In this document: positions 24,841 through 39,814 of the stretch, piece after piece
Layout: the number at the start of each line of letters is the position of its first letter
How positions within the stretch are numbered: position 1 is the first letter of the stretch
Assembly: GCF_001194135.2 (NCBI RefSeq)
Contig: NC_068981.1
Coordinates: 154,454,507 to 154,518,506, forward strand
Source of the DNA: Octopus bimaculoides
Lineage: Eukaryota
Reading direction: 5' to 3'
Length of the DNA stretch: 64,000 bases
Position numbers and translations under genes: made by a program
The notes under the pieces: model-generated
What the model was told of the DNA's origin: nothing
The model's database searches: none
Seen by the model: only the letters and a program-made list of their open reading frames with translations

Positions 24841-26946
24841 GTACCTATTATAAGTATTTGAAAAATAAGATAAGAAAATAAAGAGATGGCTGGTCACAAC
24901 TTGAATATTTTGATTACAGGTGTTCTTGATTAAGACTGACTTGGACCAAACAACAACACGCCTGAAAATTAACATAGCTACACAAGATATAATTTTCTGG
25001 CAAAATCTCCATTTTTGCTCTTTTTATTTTTTATTCAGTAGATAAAGCAGTAGCCATGTTCATTTACAAGGCCTCCTAGATTGATGGGAGGGAGAGAGGG
25101 AAGGAGAAAGCTATCCTCAAACCAGAAATTTGGCCTGAATTCTTGCAATAGAGGTATACAGGGTGCCAGATGGTGGTGTGAAACTGGGTGACCAACTAAG
25201 TCTGCCTCTCAAGCAGGCCATACCAAGACTTGAACTTAGAATGCAAAGAACCAAAACAAATACCACAAAGTATCTAGTCCAACTATTTTACAGTTCTGCT
25301 CCTCATCCTACCCCTGAACTGTAACTTTTTGTATTGACTATAAAAGGACAAAAGGTAAGAATTGACCTCAGTAAGATTTGAACTCAGAGCACACAGCATC
25401 AGAATAATTACTGTAAAGCACCCAACCTTGTATATCAAAAATAAATTGTTTCTAGTTAATTTCTCAAAAAACAACATTTAGCTTTCTTTCTATAACTAAA
25501 TCTACAAATCAGAGAAAAGTAATTCCACATTGTGGCCAAAATTATGAAGTAATGGAAACAGCCAAAGTAGGTAAAGAATTTTAGAATAATATTAGAAGAA
25601 TTTTCCACCAGCCATATTAAACATTCTTCAAGTCTGACAAACCCTAGTTTTCTCTGAAACTGGCAAAACCTGTACATCTCATAGAAAACAACACACACAC
25701 TCACAAAAAAAAAAAACCCATCTCAATATTATTTTTATGATGATGATGATAATGAGGATTATGAGAACGGTTATTATTACACTGAGAATAATAATGATGA
25801 TTAATACGGTGATGATGGCAGTGGTGATGATGGCAGTGGTGATGATGGCAGTGGTGATGATGATGATGATGATGATAGTGACGATGATGTTGAAGTAATG
25901 GCTTAAGATTCTTTTAACAACTACATTTAGTCAGCAAATCCGATTTCCTTATCCTCAACTCTTGTTATGCAGTTGAACAGACTTCATGAAACAGAACACA
26001 GTGGAATTTCAGCAGAAACTTAGACTCCTCCCCAACACCAGCCACCACTCCCCCACCCTACCACCACAACCCCTGTATCAGTTTTACGGAGGAGAGTTGG
26101 CTGTCTCCATTCACAACTGCAACCTCGATGCCGGCATAGTTGCAGCTTACCACAACCAACAATCAACAGCAGACATTATCCTATGTGCTTTATTGATCTG
26201 GTGCTTGTCATTCGAAATTTAAATCAAAACTACTTGAATATATGGTTCTTTCTGAAAGTAAGAGCGATGGGGGTATATTTACACCACATTCATCTAACTA
26301 ATAGACAGATTTAGGCCAACCCTTGCTTCACATGTATATATGCATTCAATGCTTTACACACACAAACACAGGCACACACACATACACACACACATATATT
26401 TACAATACCGACTCTCATTCAAGCAACTAAAACATATAAACAAACACAAGTGTGAAATGAATGCACAAAATAAAACTCAATAGTAATACTGCAGGTTTCT
26501 CAACGTATCAGAACAAACATACACACACAAATACATATATATACACTAAAATGAGGAAAGGGAATATATGATTGTATATACATCAATGAATATAAATAAT
26601 ACAACTGCATAAAATATTCATTTTAGCATAATATACATTTACATTGAAAAATTAAAAGTTCAAGCATGAAAAAATATAGATATAAGATAATATAAATAAA
26701 TGTATTAAAAAGAAGTTTGAAATATTAACTTTTATATAATTATTCATAAATACATACATATATATATATGTGTGTGCGTGTGTGTGTATTTTCATACAAC
26801 CACACACACACACACACACAAGATTTATATATGTGAGCATAATAAAAGTAATTCTTGGGGAAAAAAGCCATACCAAAAATATACGCAAATATAGCTATGC
26901 AATTATACACATGTATGTGTATGTGTGTGTGTGCGTGTGCATGCGC

Positions 26947-26980
<34 letters not shown>

Positions 26981-27328
26981 TTGTGTGTGTGAGTGTGTGC
27001 AGACACAAGTGCACGAGAGTGGCATTAAGCCCTTGATGAAGTAAGCTGCATCGCAGATTTGATTCCTCACGGCTTTATTTCTATTACACTTTGTACATGT
27101 AAACAAGACCTTGACACGCTTCTTGCATTTAGAATCTGAGTGAGGTGACCTAACAGTGTTCGGAAAATTATGGGACATTTCTATTTGATATACAGGTAGA
27201 GAAAGGTAACTAGGTAGGTAGGTAGACAAATAGGTACCTAAGTAAATAGATAAGTGTGGGTATGTGTACACACACACACTGATATATGTATGCATACATA
27301 TGTATGTATGCATATATATACTTATATA

Positions 27329-27363
<35 letters not shown>

Positions 27364-27523
27364 TCATCATCATCATCGTTTAACGTCCGCATGGAAAGCG
27401 GACGTTAAACATAGATGATGATGATGATATATATATATATATGTANNNNNNNNNNACATAGATGATGATGATGATATATATATATATATGTATATGTACA
27501 CACACACACATACATATATATGT

Positions 27524-27560
<37 letters not shown>

Positions 27561-30529
27561 CACACACACACACATATGTATGTATGTATGCACACACACA
27601 TATATATATGTATATTATACCTACATAAAGAGAGAGAGAGAAAGAGAGAGAGAGAAAGTGACAGAGAGACAGAGAGCAAGAGAAAGAGAGATAGATTGGA
27701 ATGCATGCATGTATGTAGATTGGTAGGTGGACAGATATGTAAGTACGTAGGAATGTAGGTAAGTAGACAGATAGATAGACAGACAGAAAGAAAGACAGAC
27801 AGATAGATAGATAATGGAAAATATATATAACATCAATCATGTACCATTTCTCATCAATGTCAGATCAATTTAAAGTTAATGCATGTTATTGAAAAACATT
27901 GAATAAAAAGCAGTGTGCAGTAACAAACAACTCTTCACCAAAAAAAAAAAAGCACTGGAGATAGTGACTGTTTTGACCCAAGAGGTTTCTTCAGATTTAT
28001 ACACTCTTTTTCTAAGGCTCAATTAGATAATATCTGATTCTCTAAGCCAACCCAACTAAACCCCTTATCTACCCGCTCCTTCTATAACCCTCTCAGAATA
28101 ATCATTTTCCCAATTTTTTCTTTCAAAAACTGCATTAACTTGGGACTTCTCTCCAGTCTGTGTTTTATCGCCAATCTTTCCATTGCAAGATTTTAAACTG
28201 ACCACAAATTCTAACCATCTTACATAGTTAAGAATCAATGATAGAGTCTCTATGTGCTAGAAATAAGAGCTTAATGCTTCTAAAATTACACACCGCCACC
28301 TTAAAAAATGGGGAAAACCTATTGGACAGCATAGTTCCTGGTATACAAAAAGACAGTCTTTGATTATAAGTCTGCCTGAATCAGGACTGAGCAAGGGCTA
28401 CACAACAAGAACCTCACATATCTGTCTTTATACTCAGATCCAGATGCTATTCTTACTTACATAAGTCTGATGCAACCTGTTTTCAAAGTAAAATCTTTCT
28501 AGAAGGCCTTTTGGTGCTAATTAATGTAGTTTACAGTTTCAAAATGAGCTAACATGAGAGCCTCTATTTGCTCATTTGAAATACCAGCCAATTATCTTTC
28601 AAATCACATTCGATCATCTTAAAAATGAAGGATATATTGATAATTCATACAGAAATATTATTGATCACAGGTCTGATCAAACAGAGCAGACCTGAGGTTA
28701 CCAACAACAACATATATTCAAATATTCTCGCAAAAAGATACTCCATGTTAATAATCACTTTATGAAGCAAATATCTTTTTGCAGCTATTTTTTCTTCAAT
28801 ACAAATATTTATTTTGTGAGACCAACAAACCAGGTAATGCTTACAAGTAAATAGAATTGTATAAGAAAATAAATACTACATGAAAAATTAGCTAGTTCCT
28901 ATTAAGCTTTATTACTATGTAAATAGTGTGAGCAACACTAACTTCTAAACACAGCAGCAGATGCAAATACAAACAAGCTGTGAGATTGCTGATCTGATAT
29001 ATAAGCAAGCAAGAATGCAAGATACTTGGTACTGCTCCAGTACCTTTCCCTTAATATACATTCAAAATTCTCTTATGTCAACCCTTTATCAACAATAAGA
29101 ATTAAATAACTTTTATGTCTTTGATAATGCAGACAGCTACATAAAACCTGACACAACACCAAACAATAACAAGAGATTTTAAAGTTATTTTTCTTGTTAA
29201 AACAAAAGTTACCGTTACAGATCCCATGCCCTATCTTCTACATTACCACTCACCAACATCTTTGCCCTCATTTCTTCCTCCATTATCTTTAGTTATATCT
29301 CTTTTGGTCTTCCTCTTCCTTTACTTCCACATTCATTTCCACTAGTCCTTTCACTTGCTTTCAACCTTCCTCAGTAATTGACCTAGCCACTTCTCTTTAC
29401 AACACCCTTTCTGTACACTGGTGGGTTTATGAGAAGATAGTAATTATGATAATAAAAGTAAATAATACTAATTTGTAGGGCATTACAAAACATTTGAATG
29501 GAGATGACGAAGGTACATCTTGTAAGGCTTTTTCTAAAGGGAGTTGCACAGCTTCCAAGTTACAAAGATTAACTGAAGCATGAATTCAGCTCCATGATTG
29601 GAAATTAATAACCAGGAATTGATATCATGTAAATCTATGTGAAAATACCCATGGGTAATCAACTTAACTGTTTTTAACCCACTTGGGCAGGCAAAACTAA
29701 CATGACAACAGGTAAAAATTCCACAAGTATAAATGGTATTCACAATGAACACTAATGATCATTATATTGTAGCTGAAAATTTTATCAAAATTCATGCAAT
29801 AATTATATTTTTATAATTTTTACACTGGAGTAACTGTATTTCATCAAAATTTCTTACTTTCTAACAGGCTTGAGATAATTTATATAGAGAAAGCACCACA
29901 GGACTTCAAGAGCTAAATTTTTTATTCATAGAGTAAATAAGTTGTATTTCACTAACAATAAAAATAAGACAAAAAGTTATCAATATAATTTACTTAATAT
30001 ATAGATTAAAAACAAAGACAAAAAAAAAACCCCAAAAAAAACCGAAAATTACTTTTGGAAATAGAATAATAAAATAATGCAGCTTTGAAAATAGAATCAT
30101 AAAAAAAATTAAAATAAATGCAATTTGAAGATAACACCACTTTTGAGATAAAGAAGAAACATCCTAAAAATATATTTAAGAGCAACAACTCTTAAATAAT
30201 CAAGTATTTTGTTATTTTGTTATTCATTGAGTTTATGTTGCTACACTACCTTCATATTTCATTTTACCATTCTTCACTGATTATTATTGCATTGCTTGAT
30301 TGTTGCTTTTTTTGAAATTTCTAAAAATTTCCATCTGGCTGGAATTGTTTATCTTTGAATTTCTGTTTCTTTGTTAATGAAATGTGATGTATTTATTTTG
30401 TGGATAAAAACTTTAATAATGCTTAGTGATGTATTTATCTGCAGATAAAAAGTACGCTGATGAATTAACTGATGATATATTGGCACATGATGTAATTAAT
30501 TTGGGATGAAATTAACAGACAATGAGATA

Positions 30530-31600
30530 ACCTGCAGAGGATTTACAGCAAATCAACCCTCAACACTGAAATGTAGCTGCCACATTTATGAATAATCCTC
30601 TCACACCACTACGTCTTCAATGAACCCACCCAATGCATATAGTACATTTAATGGAGTTCAATCCAACACTCTTTCTACTCACTGAATATAGCCATTTCCA
30701 TGTTTTTTTTCTACCTTACCACATGCTTACTATTTTTTTTACCACCTTCTTCCTTCTAATATTCACTACATTCCTTCCACTTATTCTACTTCTCCCACAA
30801 TCCATTCATACACTCTGCTATTAATATCAGATCATCTGCATCCAGCAAACTCTCATGGTAAATCTCCTCTTTGCTTCAAACCAGCACCTCTATCACAACC
30901 ATATATAGTAACGGGCTAAGTACTGACCACAGTGCACTCCAACATTCATTTCAAACTCATCACTGTTCCCATGCTTTATCTTTACAACTGTATCCATTCT
31001 CTTATGTATTGATATCACTACTTTACTCATAACTCTTTCATTACCAACATTTCATGTAGAACCCTGCCAAAAACTTTCTCCAGATCAACAAACCCAAAAC
31101 AATTTCCTCTTGTCCCTGCATTTCTCTTGTAACTCCCTTACAATAAAAATTGGTTGAGTTGTTCCTCTTCCTAACAAAAATTCAAATAGTCTTACACTGA
31201 TGTTCATTTTTTTTCTGTAACTCTCTATCCAACTCCTTCTTTCCATCCCTCAATAACTTAATTGTCCTATCAGAGCCACAGTTTAGGGGATTGTTTTACT
31301 CTTATAGAGAAAAGTGAAAGTATTCAACCTCCAATCTTCTGTAATATGGTCTTCTTTCACCACCAATCCACAAATCTCAGTAATTTTCTTCAAAATACCT
31401 TCAACATCTTTCACATCAACTGTTGACCTTCCTCTTTTTGTACTACTCATTACACTTATTTCCTCAACATTTTTCTCAGTTACCTCTTATGCCTGTCCTA
31501 CATTGTTCTCTATATTGCCATTCAATTAATTCTCCACATACTCCTTTCACATTTCCTTACTTCTATCTAGATCCAGAATAATTTATCCTACTCTATCCTT
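30530..31600 (-). mobile_element. RTE LINE reverse-transcriptase relic
   Basis: Reverse strand MDTVVKIKHGNSDEFEMNVGVHCGQY-LSPLL...LLDADDLILIA corresponds to the GVHQGSVLSPLLF...LLYADDLVLIA RT core. Confidence 0.75.
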
Positions 31601-31749
31601 TGAGTAGCTCACTCATCTCTCTTTTTCTTTTTAACTGCTTCTCATTTTTAAACACCACGCTTTTACCCTCCTTTGAATCTATCTGTTCTTCAAATGTTTT
31701 TCTATGTGCAATCTGCATCTTTGCTACATCTTACTCTGAATACCAAACA

Positions 31750-32080
31750 TAATAAAGATGTCTTTACCTTATTTCCAGTAGCAAGTAATAAAGGAAACAT
31801 TTATGCCAACCTCTGCAAGAAAGCAGCTCATAAAGTGTTGTTGAATTCAAATTCAGCCTTACCAACAAGTGCTAAATCTTTGTACATGTATAAGATGAAT
31901 CACAATAAAAAAACAGTAACAGATGATAAGATTGCCAATTTAAAAGTTCCCATACCTAATGAGGAACCAAAGTATTTGAGGAAAAGAATAAGGAAAGAGT
32001 AGTGACCTTATACAGATGACATTGTAGTTTCCCAATGTCACATGTGCCAGTTTAGCCAATCAAAGACTAGTTATGTGTGA
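31750..32080 (+). mobile_element. Possible Penelope-like RT relic
   Basis: FTLFPVASNKGNIYANLCKKAAHKVLLNS is weakly similar to the Penelope VPADKA.NN...VCK.YY..VL..EL motif. Confidence 0.3.
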
Positions 32081-34928
32081 GCCATTTTTAGCTATCTAAA
32101 TGGAAATAAAACTGCTGTCTCTTTCTGACTTTCTCTTTGTTGTCAGTGACAGCCATGGATAAGCTTTGTCAGTTTATTCTCTGTTTCATTTAAGTAGCAG
32201 TTTGTGTTATGTCTCTAAGTCTCTTTCCCATCTCTAACTATTGGTAACATGTTTTGCTTTACTTTACTCTCTTACTACATACTAACTTCATTCTTGGCTT
32301 AGCTTCTAAAGAATAATTTTTTACCAGTTTTAAAAACAAATTTGTTTTCTATTTACTACTGCCATTACCTACTTGTAAACATCTTGACTTTGTTAACAAG
32401 AAAATATGTATGTAAATTTCTGTAACACTTTATAAAATATGCAAACATGTATTGAATATTTTTTTATAACCCTTCTCTTACAGCACAAATTATCTAACTG
32501 ACATATGTAAGCACATTTTTATTTGCACTTTTATGTCAACTTCACTTTGGATTGATGATGCATATTGAAATGTTATATTTGATGTTAAAATCTGTGTTAT
32601 TTTAAACCTGTACTCAAAAACTAAGTGCCGTTCATGAGCTTATTGAATTATGCTCAGTGGCATAGTATGGACTTGGCTACAGGAATAGTTATCCTGGGTA
32701 CAAAATTTCAATAGCTAAAAATAAAAAAGTGATACTAAAAACAAAAAATAACATGCCCTCCCCACAATACTTGTCTTGTCCTGAACACTAGTATCCCATG
32801 CTATGCTAGTGATTATTCTATCAATAAGATCAGAAAAGGTCTAGTTGTTTTGTCTAGTATTAAATAAAAAAGAGAAAATATTGTATGTAATTCATCATTA
32901 TTTTTATTTCTCTGCAAATATAATTTGCTTGCTAAGTGCAGTGCATACAAACAGATAATGGGTTGTAACTAATAGAACATGTATGCATTTTAAAAACTGG
33001 TATTAGTTATTTTGTCAAAGCCAAGACACAAGTGAATTTAACTGCAAACAGAAAGTAAAGTAAAATGAGGTAGGTTACTCATGACTGCATATGATAGCAA
33101 AGAGAAAAAATTAACTGTGTGAGGGAGTGAAATAACAGAGATTATGATTGTTGGAGACAAGAGTGAGAAAGTTAGAAACAGACAGTAGTTTTCATTTGTT
33201 CATCAGTTCATTCAATCACCAAGGCACACATTGCTCCAGCTGGAGAAACCCTCTCTCTTGACTCTACCTAACATCATCTTTGACAATTTGCCTTAGTTGC
33301 CACACTATGTCTTTAGGTTGGTGAGGGTGATTTTTGGGTGCTTTTGACACAAAATGAAAGGAACTGGAACAAGTACTGGAGCACATTGGGTCCAATATTC
33401 TTATAGCATTACCAAGTACCTCGCTGGATTGGTACTTTCTTATTGACCTTGAAAGGATGAAAGGTAAAGTTAACCTCAGCAGGATTTGATCTCAGAATAC
33501 AGAGTATCAGTGCAAATATTGAAAAGAATTCTACCTGATGTTCAAATGACTCCACCATTATAGCAGTTTTACTTCAATATAAACTATGTATTTATAAAAA
33601 AAAAAAACAATGGTTCACAGAATACTTGTCTCTAATTAGATAAAACAACACACTTGACAATAGTGAAACTAAAATATCACTTGGATCTGTAATACTTGCT
33701 ATTTCAGTCCTAATCTAAGTGAATATATGACCAATGCCATTAGATCTGCAACATGAAGGGTGGTGGTGGTGGTGGTTAATGAATGGTTAATATTTTGTAT
33801 TCATTTGGAACCTTGCCTAATAACTTATTTGAAAAATGGGCTTGCAATCCCTACAGAATTAGCACACTATCAAAATATCTAATTAAAAATGTCACCAATG
33901 CTATAAAGCTTAAGCATTAAACTCCATCAAATATATTGAATATAACAAGATATATATAGAGAGTGCTATCTATCAGTTTCATCTAAGAGCACAGAAATAT
34001 GATAAAGATATATTGATGCCTGCCAGACTATAGAAGTAAGTTATGGTTTCTGTCAAGACCTTCTATAGTAACATGAATAATTTGTGTATTTAAGAAGTTA
34101 TCCTCTTTAGGTGTTTACAACAACAAATTAACAGTTACAAGGAACTTTTTGATAATCAGAAATTTAAATGTCACACTCTGGCCATCTTTTCTGAAGTCTG
34201 CAAACTCTTAAAAGTAGTTGGTTAAATCATACTTAAAAGTCCTAAAGTAAACATATGCACAATTTCTGAGAACAACTGCAAATCTATAAAGATACCACCA
34301 AAAAGATTTCTACTCAAAAACGTAATGTCATCAACAGAAGCAGAAATTATATGCTAGATTAAAAAGGCCCAAATTCCCTGATCATCAGTGAATGTATAAT
34401 ACAGTTCCAAACAGTAAATATTTGATGAAACTTTTTCTTTAATCTTTGATGCAATTGTTTCAAAATTATCAAATGCAAGGATGAATTCTCACTTATACTG
34501 GCAGAGCCAACCATGAATATAAATGATTAATCTACATTTATTAACAGATGACCAGTTCTAAATGTTTAATTTTTGAGTGAGTGGCTCTTTGATGGTTTGC
34601 AAATGTTGACAACAGCTGAACATTTTGACACATAGTGAAGAATATTAAGAAATGAGTATAACAAATCAGTGGAGAATGTCGGTGCCTAATGAATCTGAAA
34701 TATGACATTAAATGAATGGGGAAATTAACACAGCAGAAAATGCTGAATCCATTAACCGAGTAAAAGCATTGAGATTTCATACAAATGCTCAAAGCAGAAA
34801 CACCAACTCTGTTCCCTATATATCATATTGATCTTGAACCATTTCACATTATGGTAAATTCTATCAATATAAATTTTAAACTATAAATACAAATTAATGT
34901 CACAAAGAAGTTTAATGTTGGCACAAGA

Positions 34929-34959
<31 letters not shown>

Positions 34960-35061
34960 ATACATTATAACTGAACATATTTTATTATAAAAAATGATTT
35001 ACCATAAGAAGATGGATTAAAATAATTTATACAAGTTTTAAAACTAAGTCTCAAAGTTATT

Positions 35062-35274
35062 GATTTCAAATTTTGGCACAAAGCCAGCAATTTTAGAGGA
35101 GGGATAAGTCAATTACATCAACTCCAGTGTTCAACTGGTACTTATTCTATTGACCCCAAAAAGATAAAAGGCAAAGTCGACCTCAATAGAGTTTGAACTC
35201 AGACCATAAAGATGGATGAAATGTGACTAAGCATTTGCTTGGCATGCTAACAGTTCTACCAGCTTGATGCCTTA
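35062..35274 (-). mobile_element. SINE family A
   Basis: Reverse complement of the 9700 copy body (ggcaaagtcgacctc...tttgaactcag). Confidence 0.8.
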
Positions 35275-37439
35275 AGTTTCAAAATTATAGAAAATATGTT
35301 ATTTTGCCTGTAATAATTGATCAAGTCCAGTTGAGCATAAACATAGTTGTGTTTATGGAAAAATGAAGATTACTTGAGGTGTTCCACAAATCCAACTGGC
35401 AGATAGAACACTGTGACAGAAATGCATCAAGTGTGATCAAGCTTATTGGAAGTTTTGACTGTGAAGTTTGTTTTGAATCAAAAATCTTTATCAGTATTTG
35501 TTTCTGTTCTGTTTATTTTATTTTATTTTTTTGACAAGCCAATAACATTTAGAATCATTCAGTCTAGACTGGATTATTAGATTAAAGCAATATTTCCACT
35601 CTGTTCAGTTTGTCACAGATATATGTCACTGATAAGTTAACTTCAAATTCAATTCAGTTTGATTGCCAAGAGTAATTTACCAATCAGTTTGGAATGACTG
35701 CTAGAATTCCAGCTGTGTCTTGCTTTAGTTTTATTCCAAGCATACCTATGATCAAGCATACCTATTTTTTTATTATAAAAAAAGAAGATATGGTGGAATT
35801 TAAGGGAGATTTTGCTGCTATTTCTTGTAAGCTGAATGACCATATATAAACTTTCTAGTTAGCTGAAGACTCAATATGTTTGGGAGCTTGGTGCCACCTT
35901 ATGGTAGTGATTTTTGACGAGCTCATGCAGAAATTGGTTCAACATCTGGTGTTTCCTTTCTAACAAATAGCTAATCCCACATTTTGGTTTTAAACAAAGA
36001 AGCATCTGATTAATTTCTGTTTGTCTTCCTGATGAAACCAAATGTTTCAAAATTACTATACAAATTCATGGCACACCTGAAGGGGGGTGTAATTGCTGCT
36101 ACTAGTCACTAACACAAGAGTATCTATGATAATTTCATACTATCAGAAGGCCCATTAATATCTTGAAGAATGTTGATCCACTAGCAACCTCGTTCAGTAA
36201 CATTTCACCTGACAGGTCACTAAATTAAGGTAATATTATTGGAAGTTCCATTAAAAACAATTCCATCACTTACTGTGTTATTGTTCCAAAATACCAACAT
36301 CTAGCTCTGTAAGTTGTTTTAAAAATTTTACATTATATTCATTTAAATTTTGAAAATTTTGATTATCTTGTCATTTGTTTTCTTATACCAACACCAGGCA
36401 AAGTAAAAAAATATTTAGGACACCTTTTCTAGAACTCAGAATTAATGAGAAACTGGATTTGTTTCAATATGGGCTGCTAAACATTTCCTTTTCTACATAA
36501 ATGGAGGAAAAGGAGCCTCAATGTAGTTACTTAATCTGCTAAAAATAGAGCAAAATATCATGCAAACTGTATTTTAAAAGATTGAAAAGACATATTAGAT
36601 ATCATAGCAATACACAGCCCAAAAATGTGGAGATGTCATAAGTGAAATATCTTTGATCCCAAATGTGACCAAAACCAATTTGGAGCTCAACAACCACAAT
36701 AAAATTAAGAAGTTCATATTTAGAATGAGATGACAGGAAGCTGTACCAATCTAGATTACTGATAGATTGAACAATTACATTGGATTTACAAAACACACAA
36801 CCTTTGATTAATAATTCTTTCTAATTTTGGCACAAGGCCAGCAATTTTAAGTGGAGGTGGTTAATCAATTACATCAACTCCAGTGCTGAACTGGTGCTTA
36901 TTTTATTTACCTCTAAAGGACTAAAAGCAAAGTTGGTGGAATTTGAACAGAAATTTCCAATTGTGGAATATAATAAGAATAAATATGGGGACTCACATTA
37001 CTTAACTAATTCAGAAAAACAATCCTCTTCAATTTGAATTATCCAGAGATGATAAAAAATATATCTTTGTATAAGTTCTAACTTCAAAAGCCTACATCCC
37101 TTCCTAGGCAGAATTGTTAATGTTGGGTAAAATGCCTTGTGGTGTTTAGTTACAGCTCTTTACATTACGAATTCAAATCCTGCCAAGGTCACACATTGCT
37201 TTCCACCCTTTATGCATTGATAAAACAAAGTATTGCTCAAGTACTGGAGTTCATATAATCAACTATTCTTTTTCTTCAAATTTCAAGCCTTTGTGCTTAT
37301 GTTAGAAATAGGCACAATCTATGTAATAATTCATGTTAGATTATTACAAGGACAGGACCATGAAAAAATGGTAGAGCGTGGGATTAAATTTCAGAATTGT
37401 ACATGTTTAACAAGTGACTTTATCTGAGATCATGGTGTT

Positions 37440-37738
37440 GAAACTTACTTATGTTATGGAAGACATGGAGCGAAGTGGTGAGAAAGGATCTACAAATGTT
37501 GGGAGTCACAGAGGAGACGACAGGGGACTGAGACTCCAGGCAGTTTTCTGCGCTTGAAAAGACACGTCAAGCTAAGTAAAAGCTGTAAAGTGGCTGGTGT
37601 TAGGAAGGGCATTCAACCATAGAAACCATACCAAAAACAGACATGGAGCTTAAACAACCCTTCAGTTGCTCAGCTTCTGTTAAACCGTTCAACCCATGCC
37701 AGAATGGAAAACGGACATATGATGATGATGATGATGAT
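37440..37738 (+). mobile_element. RTE LINE 3' end / family E tail
   Basis: Similar to 17740-18106; ends in (GAT)n. Confidence 0.8.
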
Positions 37739-39469
37739 TCACTTCAAGATCCAATGCTAAAAATGATTTTATATATAAAGTGTTAAATGCAATTCCCATT
37801 TATTAAGTGAGTTTAATAGCTACAATAAGTTAATTATTATTTTAAGATGGCCAAAAGGGACCTTCCACAAAGTAATTTGCTAGATTAAGTGTCTTTTTGT
37901 TGTTTGGATACAGCTCTTTGCATTCTGAATTCGAATCCTATTGGGGTCGACTTCACACTTCATCCTTCCAAGATCACTAAAATAAATACCAGAAATGCAT
38001 CAAGTTCATTCAGTCATCTATATTCCCTCTGCTACAATTATGTGGTTTTGTACTAATAAGAGATATTATCATCATTATCATATTTATCTTAAAGTATAGG
38101 CATCAATATTTTGATGTTTATAAGTTTAGATAAGTTTGTAAACTATCACAATATAAACATATTCCTTTTATACCAATGCAAACCACCACCAGTTACTTCA
38201 GAGTCTGAGTTTTTTTAGTATTAGATATTTCCTTTATTAAGTACCACAAAAAAAAAGGCTTTTTGGGTGCATTCTAACAACATTAAAACTACCAAAGAAC
38301 ATGCTGTTATATGTACACAAACACAAAGAATATATACTCATCATCTTCATCATCATATGATTAATCAATAATGTAAAACACCCTATAACTATCTCTCTCT
38401 CTCTCTTGCACACACACACACACACAGTTACATACATGCACACATATAGATATCTTTATATTTGTATTAAGAACCCTCTAGAAAAAAAAAAAAAAAAAAC
38501 GCATTGAAACCACTTTAGCTCCAAAACTCAAAAGCAGAAGATTTTTTTTTTATCTCTCGCTTTATTTTTATCCTTCTGGTTGCCATAACCAAATGCTATT
38601 GAAATAAAACAAAATAAAATAAGCTTTAGAAATATCAGCAAATTATTACAATTTTCTATTTTATTTTTCACAGCTTCTATTGATTTCACTAGCAGTGTAT
38701 GCTTCTGACCTTTATTTAACAAGATGATAAGAGGTGTAATACCTTTCTATCATACAGAAGAGAGACAGGAGAAAACCACGGAATTCATAAATAAAATAGG
38801 AATATATATCTAACAGTTATAGGAATAGACTAGGAAATAGCTCCAACTTACAGCTTGCACTATAGAATTTAGCAATTTCCAACTAAGTATTCCAGGAGAA
38901 CAACAAGTTCTCCCCCCTTCTCTCCACTGCTGACAGCCGAACGGTGTGATGTTTATTTGATTACAAGACATGAACATTATTATGACTTACAGACAACACA
39001 TTTGATCAGTTCCTGTTATCAAATTACTAGCTGTAAGCAATATCAAGATTTAGATGTAATATATTAATGAATACTTTCAACTAATCATATTTCCTACCTG
39101 AATTCCTGACAGAACCACTAACACCTAAAACTGATGTTCTTTCTTCCTCATCACTATTTAGCTATTACACACACACAAAACATCAATGACAGTAATTACT
39201 GGACTATTTCAGCTCCTCTCATCCCCTGCCCCCACCAACACAAACACCACTAACATGGAATAAACTGGTATACTGCATAAATTGCACATAAATTGCATTA
39301 AAGGTATACAGTTGCTATATATTTTTAGAGAAACCCATTTATTGTCAGTTTACTTTTCTATAAAGCTCATTGTTGTATTATAAATTTCATGATAAAATTA
39401 TCATATGAATAAATAAGTGTACATATTATCTAACACATTCACAGATATGTCAGTATACATACATGTGTA

Positions 39470-39545
<76 letters not shown>

Positions 39546-39814
39546 CATACGTGTGTATGAATATAAGCTACATCTATTATTTATAAATATGTGTATTCAC
39601 TTTTAATAAATATTCTGAACTGTGTTATTACATATTTGTTTATGTATTTTGTTTTATGTATTTTATCTGGATACTATTCGGTATTGTGTCTACAACATGT
39701 GATTAGTGATTATGTGTGATTAGTGCTGCTATTCTAATGTAATACAAGAACAATTAGTTTCAGTCGATAAAACAGGCTTCAGATAGATATTCATTGCCTT
39801 GACCACTTTTAGTA

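Noticed and set aside
26652-27840. Cluster of overlapping ORFs rich in YI/HT/CV/LS
   Set aside because: These are translations of dinucleotide and tetranucleotide microsatellites.
29479-29583. Exon-like + frame GITKHLNGDDEGTSCKAFSKGSCTASKLQRLTEA
   Set aside because: Weak acceptor, no partner exons and no recognised homology.
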